Made by a program: the position numbers and the translations under genes
In this document: positions 59,801-64,000 of the stretch, piece after piece
Position numbering within the stretch: the stretch's first letter is position 1
Layout: each line of letters starts with the position of its first letter
The notes under the pieces: model-generated
Databases searched by the model: none
Seen by the model: the letters and a program-made list of their open reading frames with translations, nothing else
Told to the model about the DNA's origin: nothing
From: Takakia lepidozioides
Taxonomy: Eukaryota; Plantae; Bryophyta
Assembly: GCA_030704615.1 (NCBI GenBank)
Contig: CM060733.1
Span: forward strand, 12,276,001 to 12,340,000
Direction of reading: 5' to 3'
Length of the DNA: 64,000 nucleotides

Positions 59801-62800
59801 CTAATAGGAAATAATCATAGGAAAAAAAAAGGAAATATAGGAAATACCTTTTGCATTCATTTCTAGCATGGGGTAAGCAGGCTAAATTCCAAATTAAGTC
59901 AAACTACATCAAAATGTTGCAGCAAAAGATGAATAAAGTTGAGGCCTTTCATCCACAAGATATAAACCCTGTTGCAAGTTAGTATTTATTTATTTCACTA
60001 GATAGGAACATGACATGTATTAGGAAGAAACACTCAAATAATGTATGATTCTACCTTGCTTTTCATGGCCAAAATAAAATTTGTGTTATACTTTTATATA
60101 GAATAAAAAGAAAAATTATAATAAATGACAGCAAGTTTGGTTAGGCATTACTTGTATTGACTTCATCTCCTCCCAAATGAACAAAATTGAACGGGAAGAT
60201 CTTTTTGAAATCTGCAAACATAAGAACTATTAGATTTCTAAGAGAGGATGCAATAGGAACTACATTGAAAATAAATAGAACATGTACCCAATTCATGCAA
60301 ATTAATATTAGGAATGACTAGTAAAAACTCACTCACCAATTCATTTGCATTTGCATAAATGGATGGAGATGGACTAGAAAAGACATACAGACTTTTGTAC
60401 ATGGAAGACCCATGTCCTGCAGATCAATATTTCATACTGGGGTGACAATCTTAGTCTAGAACTACATCAGCTCTTACATGTGAGGTACCATTTGCAAACA
60501 ACACGGTTACTCTAGGTAGTCTTAACACAAACATGACTCTTATCTGATTGTATGTGTAGGAGAGAAGACATACCTCCAATTATACCATCAATGAGTTCAG
60601 AGGTGAAGTTGTTGCTTATGTCTAGGGGCATAGTGCATTCTGGTGAGGGCCAAAGAGTTGGATACCCTACACCCCTACATTCCCATCAACCTTGATAACA
60701 TAAAATCAAAGAGAGTTTTCATTGTCTTATGAACAAAGGGGCTACTTGACGTTGATTCATACACTGCACAAGTGGTTTGGGTTTGAGATCCAAATATAGA
60801 TGTAGCGAATATGGGTCATGAATGACGCATACTTGTGGAGTTGATCAATTCTCATTTTTCTTTCTGAAGGAAAATGTTGGGTTACAATCCTTATTTCACA
60901 TAAATCCCATTATGGGAGTCAGCCCTTGGCACATATAGTGGTCCATCTCCACCGCATGCAAATTCATTTTCCTTTTTGCCACTGTGATCAATGTACGGGG
61001 CCTACCCGATTTTTTATATTGTTAAAAGTCTCCCACTATCAAGTGCAGCAGCAGAGACTAGAGCTTCTCGATCTTCATCTAAGTTTGCTACAGTTCTGAT
61101 TTCTAACACAATTTGAGGGTCTATCCTATCTGGGGTAAAACCCACGCTTGGCTCTTGGTCCTTTATGGCTCTTCCCTCAAAGGGAATGCCATTACAACAC
61201 TAAAAATGATAACTGATAATAAATTTCTCTTCAGTCCTTTGGGCCTCTTATGATCATAATACTATTTTCTGGTATAGTAAGCTTTAGGAACTTAGGTTTC
61301 ATAGATTTGTAGTCATAAACATTGGAAGACATTCAACAAATTAATTGACAACCCCTATTTTGTTCAATCAACCTGGTCGGAAATCTTACCAGGAGGCGGC
61401 GTGACCTGGAACATCGAGCTCAGCCATAACATGGATGCCCCTGGCCCGTGCATATCTGCATTGGGTCAAAAGCATGAATTTCAAGACAATCCACAATGTA
61501 GTTGGAAGCTAAACCTAATAAACCACAACTTGGTAGGAAGGCAAGACAAGTATTTAGCTGCTCATGGATGGGGATCTTTTAGGCCACTTTGTTTTAGTCT
61601 AAAGAGAAAATGAGTTCAAAACAAACGTAATCATCACATACTCAACAATGTCTTGGGCATCATCCCTTGTGTAGCGCTCCCCATATGAGTATGCACCCTT
61701 CCACAGCCTTGGGTATGAGGGGATCTCAAGTGGGAAAGACTGCTCATCCACAATGTGCCAATGTAAAACATTCTGCAAAGGAAAAGTTCAAACCTCATCA
61801 GAATTGCAAATCCAGTTCTGTCATTGTCTTAGAGCCCTCTAGTAACTCAACAAGACACTCTCTTATGATGGCCTTGAGTTCATCATGCATGCCAGTCAGT
61901 CCCTATCTACGTCTTAGGTGCTCATGCAAACAATGCAAGGTAAACACCTCAATACCCAGAACTAATCCCGACCACCACCTGAGCCTTGACATTTGAGGAT
62001 GCACATACACCTAGATTGAGGCACATCCACAATTTTGTATTAGATGAATTGCAATCACAAATTTTGAAAAGGATCTTACCAGTTTAGCATAAGACATAGA
62101 GTCAATGACATGCTTGATCGATTCCAAGGGTTGGTAATGCCGGGAAGTATCTGCTCCATTCCACCAAACACATACGTAAAGCAATGATTAAATTAGTAGC
62201 ACCATGAAATCCACAAGGAGGTGACTCATTCACATACTTTAATGAAACAGCTGCATAGGGCCAAAAGAAGTGACAAATGAGAGAAAAACAGAATGCGTTG
62301 CTACTGTGGTCGAAGGGATGCCAATTTAATAAGTGGAGCTACCCTACACGGGAAGGTCAATCTTATCGTATCTGTATATCTCTTTCCCATTGCATCATTT
62401 TCATTGAGAAAGCCTGCTTCAATGTGTTTACAAAGCCTCCTAGACTAAGCAAAAAGAAATACAACAACAATAAAATAAATCTCATGAAGAGAGCATCTCT
62501 GCATCTCTTTCAGTACTATTCTGGCAACTTTAGTGAGAGAGAGAGTAGAGCATACCAATCAGGAGTCCACGGTAGGCAAAGCGAGGATAGTCTTCGATTA
62601 CCCAAGGAGTGCTATCTATCTGTATGGTTCGTGTTGTAAAGTTGAAGGCCGACAGCTGACTGAATGTCTACACACAGAGACATCAAAATTCATTCTTCAC
62701 TAGCTACTCTCCCATGGTCTGCTTTTCTCAGATCCCAGGGAATTTTCTATTTGTATCAACCCATTAACTCTATCTACTGATGTACTTGGAAAATGATGTC

Positions 62801-64000
62801 CAAGAAATATGGTCTTATCCCATCAAACCCTCTTAATCCTTGCCACAATTGGCATAAAGCTTCATTCGCAGGTTGCTTTGTGCAGTTGGAAAGAAGAGGT
62901 CCAACCATGTTGGTTATAATGGGTGGGACCATTGCAACTGCAAGGGACGGTGCATTTCTTCACATACGCAGACCATAAATGCAGCTCAGGTTACATCTCA
63001 AAAAGAAGCAACCAAATTTTGGGCATTTAGGTACTGCTCTCCAAGCTGAAATAACTGTCTTCCTTCATGAAGTGCCTCCCCAAAGCAGGGGTCAATGAAG
63101 GCACTGCCGAGCCCCCTAGCTCTTTGCAGGGCCTCTCAAACTTGTGTTACATGACTTCCTGTTCTCCCCTGGACCCAGTGTCGGACTAAATTAACGGTAA
63201 CTATATATGAATTCTACATCCTGTAGGAAGCATTTACCAGGGAAGATGACTGTGTGCGCTTTTTGTTAAAGATTGATAAATAGAGATTGAATAGGAGCTC
63301 CTTCACCACGTCACGAGTGTGTGCTATGCATAGCCCGCTTGTGGAATAAGTGATTGAGATCTGGTTTCAGAGAGAGAATATATATCGATATTGATAACTA
63401 CATAAGGTGATTATCTCGATCAACCAAACCATCCAGACAAGCAGAGATCTCTATTTCACAAGTAGCAGCAGAGAAAAGGTACCTCAAGCCCCCGCAATGC
63501 TCCATACACAGTCGCCGCCTGCCAGCACACCTCCCCTCTTAAGTCCCTCTCTCCCTCGATATAATGTGACTGGAATAGTCACAGCTGCCGCCAAATTGGG
63601 GGCCACGGCAGCATTGCTGCAGTCAAATTATATTTCCTAACAAATTATCCATAGTGCGTCGCATAAACATTCCAGTCCCTGTAATGGTTTGGGCTGTGCA
63701 AGAGCTCTGTAGAAAATTTGACCAAGTATTCATAAAACACCCCACAAGCGACTTCACAAGAGTTGCTATGCGGCTTGGACTACGCCATCAAGGGAATGGC
63801 CAAGCTTCGCAGGGAATGATTCAATTCTCTCTCTCCCTGCCTCTCTTGCATACACCACGAGTCCGTCGTGTTAGTAACCAACTAGATCACTAGAAAAGCT
63901 ATCATTATTTTTGACCGTTGAGACCTCTCATACTGAGATGGTCACCCAAGCAGGACTGATTAAATATTTCCAGGAGGATTGCAGGGGTATGATGTGTATT
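56891..64000 (-). CDS. Beta-hexosaminidase (GH20, HEXO1/3-like); 5' exons lie beyond the window
   Basis: Exons: ATVYGALRGLE (~63483-63518), DYPRFAYRGLLI (~62554-62666), DTSRHYQP..DSMSYAKL (~62080-62150), NVLHWHIVDEQSFP (~61640-61772), AELDVPGHA (~61390-61456), FVHLGGDEVN (~60150-60211), PVNW (~59066), EETFNN..IVHNW (~58163-58222), WYLDH..GGEVCMWGE..IWPRAAAAA (~57334-57586), ERLWS..SCYQQ* (stop 56891). Confidence 0.95.
58315..58800. repeat. Two diverged family-B repeat copies in inverted orientation within a HEXO intron
   Basis: Reverse complement of 58315-58507 aligns with 58612-58800 (GGTGTAT.TTGGAT.TCAC; TGGATCAAC; TAATGTGT; GAGTCTTTGGGGGA; CCGGTTA). tRNA-like head at 58510-58573 on the minus strand. 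Confidence 0.75.

Overview
Eukaryotic nuclear DNA from a non-seed land plant, most likely a moss. This is inferred from a chromovirus with a canonical chromodomain, a MIKC*-like MADS gene, PLS-type PPR debris and GT-AG introns. 1-18 kb is a transposon graveyard: a decayed Ty3/gypsy chromovirus with its 3' LTR, a Copia relic interrupted by a CHX antiporter gene fragment, a hAT relic, a possible MULE relic, tandem repeats and several tRNA-derived SINE-like elements. 18.8-64 kb is gene-rich: an intronless subtilase (+), mTERF (-), DHHC palmitoyltransferase (-) head-to-head with SAM50 (+), a TrhO/YceA-type rhodanese protein (+), a glycerol-3-phosphate permease (+), a divergent MIKC* MADS-box gene (+), and a GH20 beta-hexosaminidase (-) whose 5' end lies outside the window. 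Less obvious structure: (i) a modular set of SINEs with different heads but a shared 3' tail, two of which sit directly behind copies of another repeat that supplies a TATA-like box; (ii) a small hairpin-forming, CT-microsatellite-associated intronic repeat carrying a 5' splice site; (iii) orphan gene fragments (intron-bearing kinesin-12, PPR, CHX). No CRISPR, rRNA or intact tRNA was seen. All alignments were done by eye, so repeat boundaries are approximate.
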